A program made the position numbers and the translations under genes. DNA of 63,061 nt, counting the filler, from Octopus bimaculoides (lineage: Eukaryota): assembly GCF_001194135.2 (NCBI RefSeq). It is 5 parts of 5 records of this genome, joined end to end, with 100 filler letters (N's around TTAATTAATTAA, not from the genome) between each part and the next. Parts side by side here need not be neighbours in the genome. Positions count along the whole stretch, not along the records: positions 1 to 30,669 come from NC_068987.1; 4 more parts are not named here. One strand, 5' to 3'. Shown here piece by piece: positions 11,669-24,400 of the stretch; the stretch's first letter is position 1; each line of letters starts with the position of its first letter. Below the pieces are notes generated by a model. The model was not told the origin of the DNA and did no database searches. It worked only from the letters and a program-made list of their open reading frames with translations.

Positions 11669-12669
11669 TGTGTATGGAGGCAAGGTACGTTTGCATCGGT
11701 ATACTCAACACAGATATACTGTCTAAAGTGAGTTGGGAATTTGATCTTTCAACGGTTGATTTCAATCGAAAGATTGTGTGTTGTATGTGTGTGTGTATGT
11801 GTGTGTGTGTGTGTGTGCGTGCGTGCGTATGTGTGTGTATGTGCATGTAATGTGACTGTATGAATGTATGTTCTCTTCTAGTTTTAATTTGGAGTTTTCC
11901 TGTAAGGAAGGAATTGGTTTCTAATAAAAATACAAAGCTCCATCGTCGGAATGTAGATTAAAAACAATGTATGTATGTACGTACGTATGTATGTATGTAT
12001 GAATGTATGTATGTGCGTACGTATGTATGTATGTATGTATGTATGTATATATGAATGTATGTATGTATGTATGTATGTATGTATATACACAAGACATGAA
12101 AGATTTACGAATATACACAACCATATGTCTATACGTTTATATGTTATAATCTACACAGAGATCTCAAAAAGATGTAGAGATAAATGCTTTTGGAAAATAA
12201 ATCTCAAACTTTAATTTGTCCATGAATCTGCAATTAATCCCAATCCTTGTTATCTCTTTCCCATGCATAGCTTCATATGTTCTCAGAAGCCATTCACCCG
12301 CTCACTTTATCTTTACCATCTTGTACTGCAGAACACGAAGCCTTATTTAATGCTTCGTCTTCTATGAACGTCTGATTTTAAGGCTGATTATTTCAATCTT
12401 AGGATGTCTGATGATTCATTTCTTGCAGAAATATAGAAAGACTGTACCCTGTGTCACTCTAAAACAGGAACGGGCAACCATTTTCGAGATCTGACTTATC
12501 ATCAGGCGGGCCGCACTATTTAAAAAAAATTCGAGATAATTTTTTGTTTGGTGTGTCACCCAGAAAGTCACTTGGGCCGCAATTTGCTCATTAACTGCTC
12601 TAAAATATAGCGGACATTGCTTTCATAAACCAAACAAATGAAGAACAAATGACAATTTTTGCCCACTCC

Positions 12670-13301
12670 CAGACTTTATTTTCCCACAACTTTCTGAAAA
12701 ATTTATCATTTAAATGAAATTTTCTACCAATTCGTTTCAGATGGTGTAAATTATGATAATGTCNNNNNNNNNNNNNNNNNNNNNNNNNNNNNNNNNNNNN
12801 NNNNNNNNNNNNNNNNNNNNNNNNNNNNNNNNNNNNNNNNNNNNNNNNNNNNNNNNNNNNNNNNNNNNNNNNNNNNNNNNNNNNNNNNNNNNNNNNNNNN
12901 NNNNNNNNNNNNNNNNNNNNNNNNNNNNNNNNNNNNNNNNNNNNNNNNNNNNNNNNNNNNNNNNNNNNNNNNNNNNNNNNNNNNNNNNNNNNNNNNNNNN
13001 NNNNNNNNNNNNNNNNNNNNNNNNNNNNNNNNNNNNNNNNNNNNNNNNNNNNNNNNNNNNNNNNNNNNNNNNNNNNNNNNNNNNNNNNNNNNNNNNNNNN
13101 NNNNNNNNNNNNNNNNNNNNNNNNNNNNNNNNNNNNNNNNNNNNNNNNNNNNNNNNNNNNNNNNNNNNNNNNNNNNNNNNNNNNNTATATATATTCACAT
13201 TAAGTTCGAATATAATCGTAATCTACACCATCTGAAATATATTTATTGAAAATTTCATTGAAGGTATCCATTCTTCAGAAAGTTAGAAAGGAACGAAGTC
13301 G
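12670..13301. mobile_element. Second copy of the foldback-like element; core falls in an N gap ending in (TA)n
   Basis: Arms gactttattttcccacaactttctgaaa...cagatggtgtaaatt and atctacaccatctgaaa...cagaaagttagaaaggaacgaagtc. Confidence 0.6.
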
Positions 13302-13656
13302 TTGGGGGAGGCACACATCTATAGTTATGCCGGTTAAATGAGGGTAGATGCAGATCTACTTATTCATCACCTGCATTAATTTATCAGGTTATAAAGGTAA
13401 TTTACGAACGAACGCTTTTGCTTCATGAAACTGGGATGTGTCTTAGAACAACCATCAAATACTGTAGCTCTAATACTTCAATAATTTTTGTCCGTTTTCA
13501 ATAATATATTCTCTTTGCAGTTTCCGTCGAGATCAACTTTGCCTTTCATCCTTTCGGGGGTCGATAGAGTAAAGTACCAGGTGAGCAGTCGGGTCGAGGT
13601 AATCGACCAGCTCCCTCCGCCAAAATTTCACTTATAGCAGAAAGAATATATTCTGA

Positions 13657-13890
13657 AGGCGGCGAGCTGGCAGAATCGTTAGCACGCCGGGCGGAATGCT
13701 TAACGGTATTTCGTCTGCCGTTACGTTCTGAGTTCAAATTCCGCCGAGGTCAACTTTGCCTTTCATCCTTTCAGGGTCGATAAATTAAGTACCAGTTACG
13801 CACTGGGGTCGATGTAATCGACTTAATCCCTTTGTCTGTCCTTGTTTGTCCCCTCTATGGTTAGCCCCTTGTGGGCAATAAAGAAATAAG
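13657..13890 (+). mobile_element. Well-preserved tRNA-derived SINE (partial copy just upstream at about 13520-13640)
   Basis: GGCGAGCTGGCAGAATCGTTAGC A-box region, GAGTTCAAATTCC B box, body gcctttcatcctttcagggtcgata. Confidence 0.9.
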
Positions 13891-15212
13891 AAAATATATT
13901 CTTTACAATTCTGTTATTCTATCTTCTTTGCTTACATCGTTAATACCTTTGAGTAAGGGTTATGTCTATCACTTAATCTGATTTCTCTTTATGCAAAGGC
14001 TTCTTACACATATCTCTCAACCAAGACATTCCGTAAAAATTCAGTGTAAAATAATTGCGACCATTTATAAAATCATATTAAAGTGATTTCATCTCTTCAT
14101 TTATTAAATCAGCGGGTTGCGTTATTTCATGATTAAGCTAAAAAAAGATGACCGAGGTGAAAAACCATTGAAGGTGGCTTCTCTTGAACGACAAGGGCAG
14201 CATTTTTTGAGGGAAGGGGTTAATCGATAGCATCAACTACAGTACTTGACTGTTACTTTATTTTATCGATCCCGAGAGGATATCTTTGAACGTAAAGGAC
14301 CGGAACAAATACGGCGAAGCTCCATCCAATCTGCTTTTCGCCTTAAGATATTTTACTATAATGGGATTTATTTTCTCTGCCCTTAATTACAAATCCTTCC
14401 AAAGTCGACGGGGTTTACAAAATAAGAGGCAGCATAATTCTGAAGTTAATTCATTTCATCACCATCAAAACTAGACATGTCCTTTGTCATGACAGATGGA
14501 TTGTCAGATTACGGTGTTTAGTTTCATCCCTTTACGTTCTGAGTTCAAACCCTACCAATATCAACTTTGCTTTTTCATCTTTTGTGGGGTCGCTAAATTA
14601 CAGTAGCAGTCAAGTACTGACATGAATGTACATTCCTACTATGTATCATAGCTGTGAATCGAATTATCACCGTAGACTAAGACTAATAATTAGTTTAGGA
14701 CCCATTTAACTGTAAAGATCGTTATAAAATCTTAATATATGTAGACAATATTCGTGAATTATTTTTTTAATGTAGACTTTATTTCTAATGTTGTTGTTTA
14801 ACCATAATTAAGTAAGTCTGTGATCAAAAGTGTTCCAACTTTGAAAAACTGTCTTTATTTATTTTTCAGTTTATTTATTGAGGAATATTATTTAATGCGT
14901 ACTTTTTTTGAGATTGCAAAGTGTGTTATTAGGAAGATCTGGCTGGTGTTTTTAGAAGGTCGAGCGACAATGTAGAAAACCAGCCTCACACGATTTGCTC
15001 TGTTCTCTGCAGATGGTGGCGTGGTTGTTGGAGAAATAGAGAGAATCAGAGAAAGAGGGGGAGAATCAGAGAGAGAGGGGGGGATAATCAGATAGAGAGA
15101 TAGAGAGAGAGGGGAGAGAGAAAAACTGAAAGAGAGAGAGGATGGAGGGTGTATGCGCGTAAGAAAAGTGTGTAAGACAGAATGTAAGAGAGAAAGAGGG
15201 TGAGAAGGAATA

Positions 15213-15297
15213 CTGATTGCTGATTGGTCAGTTTAGTTTTCCAGTCGATCAAATAAAGTTTCAGGCATCGAACATCGATCTGTGATTTATTTTTGAA
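15213..15297 (+). promoter_or_regulatory. Putative SYCP3 proximal promoter: inverted CCAAT (CTGATTGG 15220-15227) and CHR-like TTTGAA (15292-15297)
   Basis: Motifs lie 65-150 bp upstream of the ATG; short motifs, function inferred. Confidence 0.35.
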
Positions 15298-15361
15298 ATA
15301 GAAACGTATCTCAATAGAAACGTCTCTCGAAATAATTGTTTTGTTTTTATCATTTAACAAG

Positions 15362-15455
15362 ATGCCGAGAAAAGCTTTGAAAAGAAGTGCATCTCCGTCA
15401 GACAAAGAAGAAATGTCACCTGTCCTTGCTCAACATAGTTCGCCAGAAATCAGAG
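15362..15455 (+). CDS. SYCP3: SYCP3 exon 1 (MPRKALKRSASPSDKEEMSPVLAQHSSPEIR)
   Basis: ATG, donor GAG|gttcga, phase 1 fits exon 2. Confidence 0.75.
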
Positions 15456-18400
15456 GTTCGAATCAGAATGTCTCTTCTTCCTCTAATTAATAGCTTTGAA
15501 ATACTTTCTTTTTTAACTCTGATTATTTTGATACAGTAATTAAGTAATGTTCAATGAAATAAATTAAGTGCTTTCTTGTTTTAAGAGCAGTTTCTGGTTG
15601 TTAAAGATACGATGTCACTTCTCTGGTGACCAGACGACTTTTTCTTTCACGATTTCAAGAAAGAAATACTCGCAATCATTTCTGAACAAGAATCATTATT
15701 AGTGTTTCACGTAATCATTCCAATTGTTTCAATATTTTCCATACATATTTTGATTATTTCTCTTTCTTCAGTCAGAGTGTTACGTTCGGATGGGGCTTTT
15801 TACGTGCTAGCGGCATGGGGGAGCCAATCGGGCGGCACTGGCATCGACCCACGCATGAATGGTGCTTATTACGTACCACCAACACAGGTGCCAGTCAGGT
15901 GGCACTGGCATCGGCAACAACTACGATTTCTATATTGATTTCGATTTTACTTGACTCGACAAGTTTTCACAAGCACATTATATCGTCTGATGATTCAAGG
16001 GTACTTTTTTAAATGGGCCTGTTATGCGACACTGGTTTCGGCCAAGGCTATGATCTCACTTTACTTGCCGGGTCTTCTCAATCACAGCATATCTCGGTCT
16101 CTTGTCTGTGAGGCCCAACGTCTGAAGGTCATGCTTCACCACTTCATCCTATGTCTTCCTGGGTCTCCCTTTTCCATGGGTTCCTTCCACTTTTAGGGAG
16201 TGATACTTCTTCACACATCTCCCCTCATCCATTCACAACACATGACTATACTAGTGCAGTCGTCTCTCTTGCACACCATATCTGATGCTTCTTATGTCCA
16301 ACTTTTCTCACAGAGCGCTTACACTCTTGTGTATGCACACTGACATAACATATCCAGCGGATCATACTAGCTATACTATGCTGCAAGACTAGCCTGAGCC
16401 TAAGCACTCTATCACACACCCTGACTACCTCTATGACCTTATCCACCCATTTCTCTGCAAGGAGTATGCCTACACCCCCTACTCTGTCACTGTTACCTTC
16501 CCTGAAGATTTTATACCTATATCGAAATCGAACCAAATTCGACGACTGACACCCATGCCAACATTTCCTTCATCGGACACTAAACTCTGCTTGCAATGAC
16601 CTGTTGGGGCAAGTGAAATCAAAATTGAAATTGAACCAAATTCAATGACTGGCACCCGTGCCAGTGGAGTGCTAACAGCATCGTCCGAGCGTGATCATTG
16701 CTAGAGCTGCTGTCTGGCTTCCGTGCTGATGGCACGTAAAGAGCACCATTTGAGTGTGATCATTACCAGCGTTGCCTTACTGGCACTTGTGCTGGTGGCA
16801 CATGAAAAAACATTCGAGTGAGGTTGTTGCCAGTGCTGCTGGACTGGTTCCTGTGCAGGTGGCACGTAAAAAACACTATTTGAGTGTGGCCGTTGCCAGT
16901 ATCGCCTGACTGGCCTTCGTGCCAGTGGCACGTAAAAGTACTCACTACACTCTCAGAGTGGTTGGCGTTAGGAAGGGCATTCAGCTGTGGAAACTCTGCC
17001 AAATCAGATTGGAGCCTAGTGCAGCCATCTGGTTCACAGTCCTCAGTCAAATAGTCCAACCCATGCTAGCATGGAAAGCAGACGTTAAACGATGAAGAAG
17101 ATGTGCTTTGCCTGCGAGCACCCTGGCTGAAGTTCCTCTCTACCTTACCTCTTATATGCAGCATACATCAATGTCTCCATTCAAGCATCTCTACAATCTC
17201 ACTAGATCTACCTGTCAATGTGCCTACATTGACAATGCTAACTCTAGTCTAAATGTTTAGCTTTCACTAGCAAAATGGATGAGTAGATAAGATAGTTGGA
17301 TTACCAACCTAGTTGTGAGTTCATTTTCTAATGGAGGAATTTTGATGAATGTCTTGGCCAAAGATTTATTTTTACATCATCTCAGTTTTTCTTGCTAGAG
17401 AACACCAACAGTATTGGAAATACATTTCCCATCTGTTTTAACACTTCAATCACCGACTGGATCCTTGTATTTAGCAAAAGATAGACTGACTTAGCTTTTA
17501 GTTACTATTTTATGATTGTATTCTTTTCCTTTTGTCATTTCAAATTAACATCTGAGATGGTGAACGGCACTGATTGAGTTATTTTCTGGCTGAATTCTTT
17601 TAGATGAAGAGTCACCAAATCTGCTAAGTGTGAGCAAGAAAAAAGAGAACAAAGGAGTTAACGATGAAGAATTTGGGTACACCTCTATTGATATTATTTT
17701 GACATTCTCCTTAAAAATTTGAATGTTTTTCTCTCTTGTGTGAACATCATATCTATGTAGCAAGATATTCCTTTCTCTTTCACTCATTAAAAAAAGTAAT
17801 TATATTGTCCAACCCATGCTAGCATGGAAAGCGGACATTAAACGATGATGATGATGATATGTATTTGTATTACAAGAACATGAGATGGCTCAGAATTAAC
17901 TAATGTTTTGTAAGCATTTATGTAAATCTCTAAAAGGTAACCCCCGCTCTCATTGCCCATCAAGAAATGAAAGTTTTTCCAGTTTATTACTTCAAAAGTT
18001 CAGAAGTCTGACACTGCTTAGAACTGAAAAAGGGTAATGTTTAGCATAGTTAACAGTTCAACTTCCAATATTCATTGAACTAAACAACTAATGATATCAT
18101 TAAAGCAGATACAGTTTAATTAATTTCTCAGACTCTTGAACTTCTAGAATAATTTCCAGATATGTTTGCATATAATGAATTAAATGTAGATTATATATGA
18201 CATGATCTCAAGTGTATGCAAATAACAATGCATGGATTTGTTGGACGATTGAAACTGAACCAAGTTTGATGACTGGCACCCGTGCCAGTGGAGTGCTAAC
18301 AGCACCATCCGAGCAGGATCACTGCCAGAGCAGCGGTCTCGCTCCCGTGCTGGTAGCACATAAAAAGCATCATTTGAGCGTGATCGTTTCCAGCTTCGCC

Positions 18401-21400
18401 TTACTGGCACTTGTGCCAGTGGCATGTGAACAAAACATTAGCTGACTCCTGTGCAGGTGGCACATAAAAAACACCATTTGAGCGTGGCTGTTGCCAGTAC
18501 CGCTTGGACTGGCCATCGTTCCGGTGGCACGTAAAAGGCACCCACTACACTCTCAGAGTGGTTAGCATTAGGAAGGGCATCCAGCTGTAGAAACTCTGCC
18601 AAATCAGATTGGAACCTGGTGTAGCCATCTGCTTTGCCAGTCCCCAGTCAGATCATCCAACCCATTATAGCATGGAAGGCGGACATTAAATGATGATGAT
18701 GATATTAGCTGGAATGTTGTATAAAACCTTTACCAATTCTTCTATCCATCTAACTCAAGCCATCTTAAAGTAATGTTAGATGAAAATATACTGAAATAAA
18801 GGAAAATGATAGGAATCAGTAGGTTTCGATATCTTTGATATTAATTTAATAGATTTAATGTGACTAGAAGTATTGCTAGAGTTTGGCCTTTACCAGAAAG
18901 AGGAAATAATATAGCTCTGTTATAAAATGTTGAATTATGTAGGATGTCTTCCATAAGTTTACATGCCATTTTCCTTTTTAACATTTTAATAAATAATTTT
19001 CACAGTTTTGAAATGAAGAAAATGCTGGAATCCTTTGAAGGTAAGCCTCATTTATTTCCAAGTTTTGTCTTTTATGACTCAAATTATTCCTCCTCCTGCT
19101 GTTGTTCCTTCCCTCTCCCACTACCATCATCACCATTATTATTGTAGGGGTGGTAAGGTAGCGAGCTGGCAGAATCGTTTGCACTCCAGGTGAACTGCTT
19201 AACGGTATTTCACCCATTGCTACGTTGTGTTCAAATTCCACTGAGGTCAACTTTGCCTTTCATCCTTTTGGGGTCAATAAATTAAGTACCAGTGAAACTC
19301 TGGGGTTGATGTAATTGACTAGTCCGCTCTCCAACGATTTCAGGCCTTGTGCCTATACTAGAAAAAATTATTGTAGGGGTGGTGAAGAGTAAGATACATA
19401 AGAGAGCTACAGTAAGTGGGGCATGATCTATTACTTTCAATTTCTAGAAATCAACATAACCAAAACCATTTTAACATAAGTCACATATTGATTCACCTGC
19501 AAGTGAAAACTCGGTATTATTGGTATCTTGTTCCACTTGAAAAATGATTTTTCCTGACATTCCATGAACACATATTTGATTCTTATGAATTGTCATCTAA
19601 CTTTATGATAGTTGTAGAGTCATCTACATATATTCTTTAAGGAAGATCATGTTGCTTGCATGCAATAGTTCTTGAATATCATTGAGAAAATATACATAAT
19701 TTATCATATTAACAAGTGCTGCTTCCATTGGCTTGAATTTATTTAATTAACAATGTTTGAGTGAAAGGTAGAAATTTTGAATTTTGGCCATAGTGGGATG
19801 TGTAGCAAAAGGTGTTGTTCGTGAGGCAGATGAAGATAGGCGTGTTGGATGACATCAAAGGAAAAACAATGAGGTAAGCATCGGACTGTAGTTTAAATAA
19901 TTTATTTGATCAACTCTTGCATTTATGTGTTGGATATACAAAGTTTGATTCACAATATCAATGAAGGCCTCTACATGAACTTACCAACTGCTTCGAGATG
20001 TGAAAGTAAAAAAGAAACAACAGAAGAAATAGTGTGTTGACGTGATGAGGTGGTACAAGGCATGTTTTGTGTCTGTGTGTGGTCAAGTCTGTTGTCTTTC
20101 TGTCCTGTCTGTTTGTGTTCTGCTACTGTGTTGTGTCGTTCATGCTATGTGGCTCTCTGTTGGCTGCTTGACTGTCGCAAACTGTCTGCTCATCTGATCT
20201 GTCATGTGTCTAACTGTATTTATAATCGTCATCCTAGCGAGAAGAACAGACACACCATAAGAATAATTTCATCCTATCTAGGTCCAGTTGAACCTTCAGT
20301 GACACAGCTCGAGTTAGAGGTTGAATGGAAATCCATCCATCACTTTTTGACAGGACAGAGAAATTCCTCTCACGCCTGTTCGGCCAGTGGTAGATCAGGC
20401 GAGCAAGAATCCTTAGATTTGATTTCGAATCTCAGCTCGGAAAATGAAATGTTAGTTTTTACACAACTGTGGGCTACATCATATCGACCTGATATGGCAC
20501 GTGTCAAAACAGTCCACTACAGGCCCTAAGGTTTTTTTTCCATGATTAAAAATATTAACATTTTAAAACTTTTAATACTTTTTATGTAAAAACAATTTTT
20601 TAATAAGTTATAAATGGTAAAAGAATGATCTCTTTTAACCATCTCTTTCTTTTGATGTGAAATTTGTTATTTGTTCTTTCTATAGGAATTTTGAAGGTAG
20701 CTTATTTTTTATAATAAAGTTTCTATTTTATTATATAATAAACACTTTTTGGTATTTATATCACATGATGCTGCATTAATGTGAGAAACCAGTGATATTT
20801 CAAAGTTTGATTGATTCCTTTGTTAGTTGACATAACCAAAACTTTGGCAAATAAACGCAAACGCCTGGAAAGTTTTACTCAAAATAAAATGAAAAACAGT
20901 AACAAGAAGATTGATGAAATATGGAAAATGCAACAAACTGAAAGGTATTGGCATTTGATTTGTTTAATTTTTTTTTTCATTTTTAAAGATTAATAGACAA
21001 TTATAGACTCTAATTGCATTACATCATCGTCATCGTTTAACGTCCGCTTTCCATGCTAGCATGGGTTGGACGATTTGACTGAGGACTGGTGAACCAGATG
21101 GCTACACCAGGCTCCAATCTGATCTGGCAGAGTTTCTACAGCTGCATGCCCTTCCTAACGTCAACCACTCAGAGTGTAGTGGGTGCTTTTACGTGCCACC
21201 GGTCCGAAGGCCAGTCAGGCAGTACTGGCAATGGCCATGCTCAAAATGGTGTATTTTATGTACCACCTGCACAAAAGCCAGTCCAGCGTCACTGGCAACG
21301 ATCTCGCTCGAAAGTCTTTCCACATGCCACCGGCACAAGTGCCAGGAAGGCGCGCTGGGCACAGGTGCCATATAGTAATCCCTTGACTATTGCGGATGTT

Positions 21401-24400
21401 ACGTTCCAAAGCCCCCCGCGAAGTAGAAACAGTGCTGTATATTTTTTTAGTTTTATAATTTGTATATATTTATTTTATTCATCATCGTTGTCGTTTAACA
21501 TCTGCTTTCCCTGCTGGCATGGGTTCGACGGTTTGACTGAGGACTGGTGTGCCAGAAGGCTGCACTAGACTCGATCTAATGTGGTAAATGCAAAACAACA
21601 CCATGGAAGAATTGATGTAAGCTTAAATAATAAACCGCGATAGGTGAACTGCAATATGGCAAGGGATTACCATATATATATATATATAATATACATATAA
21701 AAATCTCTACATTCCATCTGATGACATAATGAATGAATATTTTTAGATCAAACTTATCCAACATGTTATAAGTTACTCCATGTCTACATTGCAGTTGTTC
21801 TGAAGGTTTGTGTCTGTGAAATGGTATTGTTCTGTGCATTACTGTCATTATCTGTCCATTTTCCATGTTGGCACAGGCTGGATGGTTTGACAGATGCTGG
21901 CATGTCATATTTTAGAGAATTTCATACTCTTGTTCAAATTACTTTTAATTCAATTGCATCAAATAACTAAGCTTTGACTCCCATTTCCAGTTCCCTAACC
22001 CATTATACCCTGTTAGGTAATGTGTGCCACTTAAAAAGCATCCAGTCCACATTGTAAAGTGGTTGGCATTTGGAAAGGCATCCAGCTGTAAAAACCTTGC
22101 CAAACTGACCTTACCTGTGCTTGGGCCACGTAAAAAGCACTAAGTCCACTCTGCTGGGTGATTGGTGTTAGGAAGGGCATCTAGCTGTAAAAATCCTGCC
22201 NNNNNNNNNNNNNNNNNNNNNNNNNNNNNNNNNNNNNNNNNNNNNNNNNNNNNNNNNNNNNNNNNNNNNNNNNNNNNNNNNNNNNNNNNNNNNNNNNNNN
22301 NNNNNNNNNNNNNNNNNNNNNNNNNNNNNNNNNNNNNNNNNNNNNNNNNNNNNNNNNNNNNNNNNNNNNNNNNNNNNNNNNNNNNNNNNNTGTGCCACTT
22401 AAAAAGCATCCAGTCCACATTGTAAAGTGGTTGGCATTTGGAAAGGCATCCAGCTGTAAAAACCTTGCCAAACTGACCTTACCTGTGCTTGGGCCACGTA
22501 AAAAGCACTAAGTCCACTCTGCTGGGTGATTGGTGTTAGGAAGGGCATCTAGCTGTAAAAATCCTGCCAAAACCGACACAAAAGTCAAGTGCAGGCTTCT
22601 GCTTGGTCAGCTCCTGTGAAACCATCCCACCCATTCCAGCATGGAAGGTGGATGTTAAATGATGATTATGATGTTGATTTACACATATTTTTAATCCATA
22701 GACATGTATTACAATCTTATTCTTATAATGATATTTCTGTTGTTAAAATGTAGGCAGAAGCTGTATGATGACTATTGTAATCAAATGAACATTATTCTAC
22801 AACAATGGGATGTTGATTTGAACAAATCAAAAGAACAAGAAGAAAAACTACTGGTAAGAAATGCAAGATTAAATTTCCTTAACAAATGTATCTTTAATAA
22901 CTGAACTTACTAAAGATGTTAGACTTCTTTCCATAGGTAATAGATTCAAGAAATACTGGGACATGCACCTTGAGTAAGATACTTTCATCTATCTAGATAC
23001 CATTTCCTTATCAAATAGAAAAGATTAGAGGCAGCAGCCAATAATTCCAATCTATTCCTGCTAAGATGCCACAGCATTTATAATAAAACTAGGGCCAACA
23101 TATAATTTGCAAACAAGACAAAAGAATCACCTATTGACAAATTGGTTTAGGATTATTAACTTTAGATAAATAACTTAGCATTATTTAACTCTGTATCAGT
23201 TGTTGGAGTGTGTATTTTTATAGTTGGATATGCTTAATACTAACAACCCAACCATGAAACTTCTTTTCAGTTTGGGTGAATGAAATAAACAGAATGACAC
23301 GTAAAATACACCATTTCGAGCATGGCCGTTGATCGTTACCAACGTTACCTCCCTGGCACGTGAAAAGACATTCGAGCGAGATCGTTGCCAGTGCCGATGG
23401 ACTGGCTCCTGTGCAGGTGGCACGTAAAACACACCATTTCGAGCGTGGCCGTCACCAGTTCCGCCTGACTGGCCCTTGTGCTGGTGGCACATAAAACACC
23501 CACTACACTCTCGGAGTGATTGGTGTTAGGAAGGGCATCCAGCTGTAGAAACTCTGCCAAATCAGATTGGAGCCTGGTGTCACCTCCTGGTCCACCAGTC
23601 CTCAGTCAAATCGTCCAACCCATGCTAGCATGGAAAGCGGACGTTAAATGACGATGATGATGATGATGATGAAATGATTTGTATATTACAAAGTACAGGT
23701 CTAAATCAAGAATCCAATAGCTTATAACATTTTACTATTCAGTCACTGCATGCTTTGGCAGAATTAAAAATTAAGATCTTTTGTTTTAAGAGTCGGTAGA
23801 CTACAGAATGAGACAATTTGGCACAGCTGTTTGGATGCAGATGATTTGACAAAGCTAATTGGACATTCAGCCCATTCTGGTGACTAACAATGGAAACACA
23901 CACTTGTACAGAAATAGACACATAGTGATAGAAAGAGCGGGAGGGAGAGAATGAGAGAAACATTAAAATATCTAATTTCAAATGAAGTCTGCAGTAAATC
24001 AGTAATACCAGGTAAGTGGTGCCAAAACAGCTCATACTTGGGTAGATGTGATCCTGGAACATGTCAAGAGCATATTTTTACTATTTTTTAGCTTTTTTTT
24101 TTCTTTTTTTCGACAGGCTGTCTTTAAACAGCACCAGAAGTTGTGTCAGCAGAACTCTTTAATTCAACAACAAAAGCTGATGACTCTTCATGAACTCCAC
24201 GAACAATTTTGTAAGGTAACTTATTGATAGTCTTTTATTTTGCTTTTCAGTGTGATTTTTGGCCATTATTTCTGGCAACTGCAAAGAGTCTGTTGGCTGA
24301 TAGCTTTTATAATGTTAAACAAACTTAACAACATGTTTACATATTAAAAATCTAACGTTATTATCCATTTAATAGCAAAATTCAAATATCAATCCCTTGT

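Noticed and set aside
12400-12445. CTGATGA...GAAAT string (similarly CTGAAGA...GAAAT at ~8948)
   Set aside because: Flanking stems do not pair
20050-20529. 159-aa + ORF in SYCP3 intron 3
   Set aside because: Low-complexity Cys/Leu-rich start and no recognisable domain; weakly resembles the antisense of a DNA transposon (possibly piggyBac) 5' end
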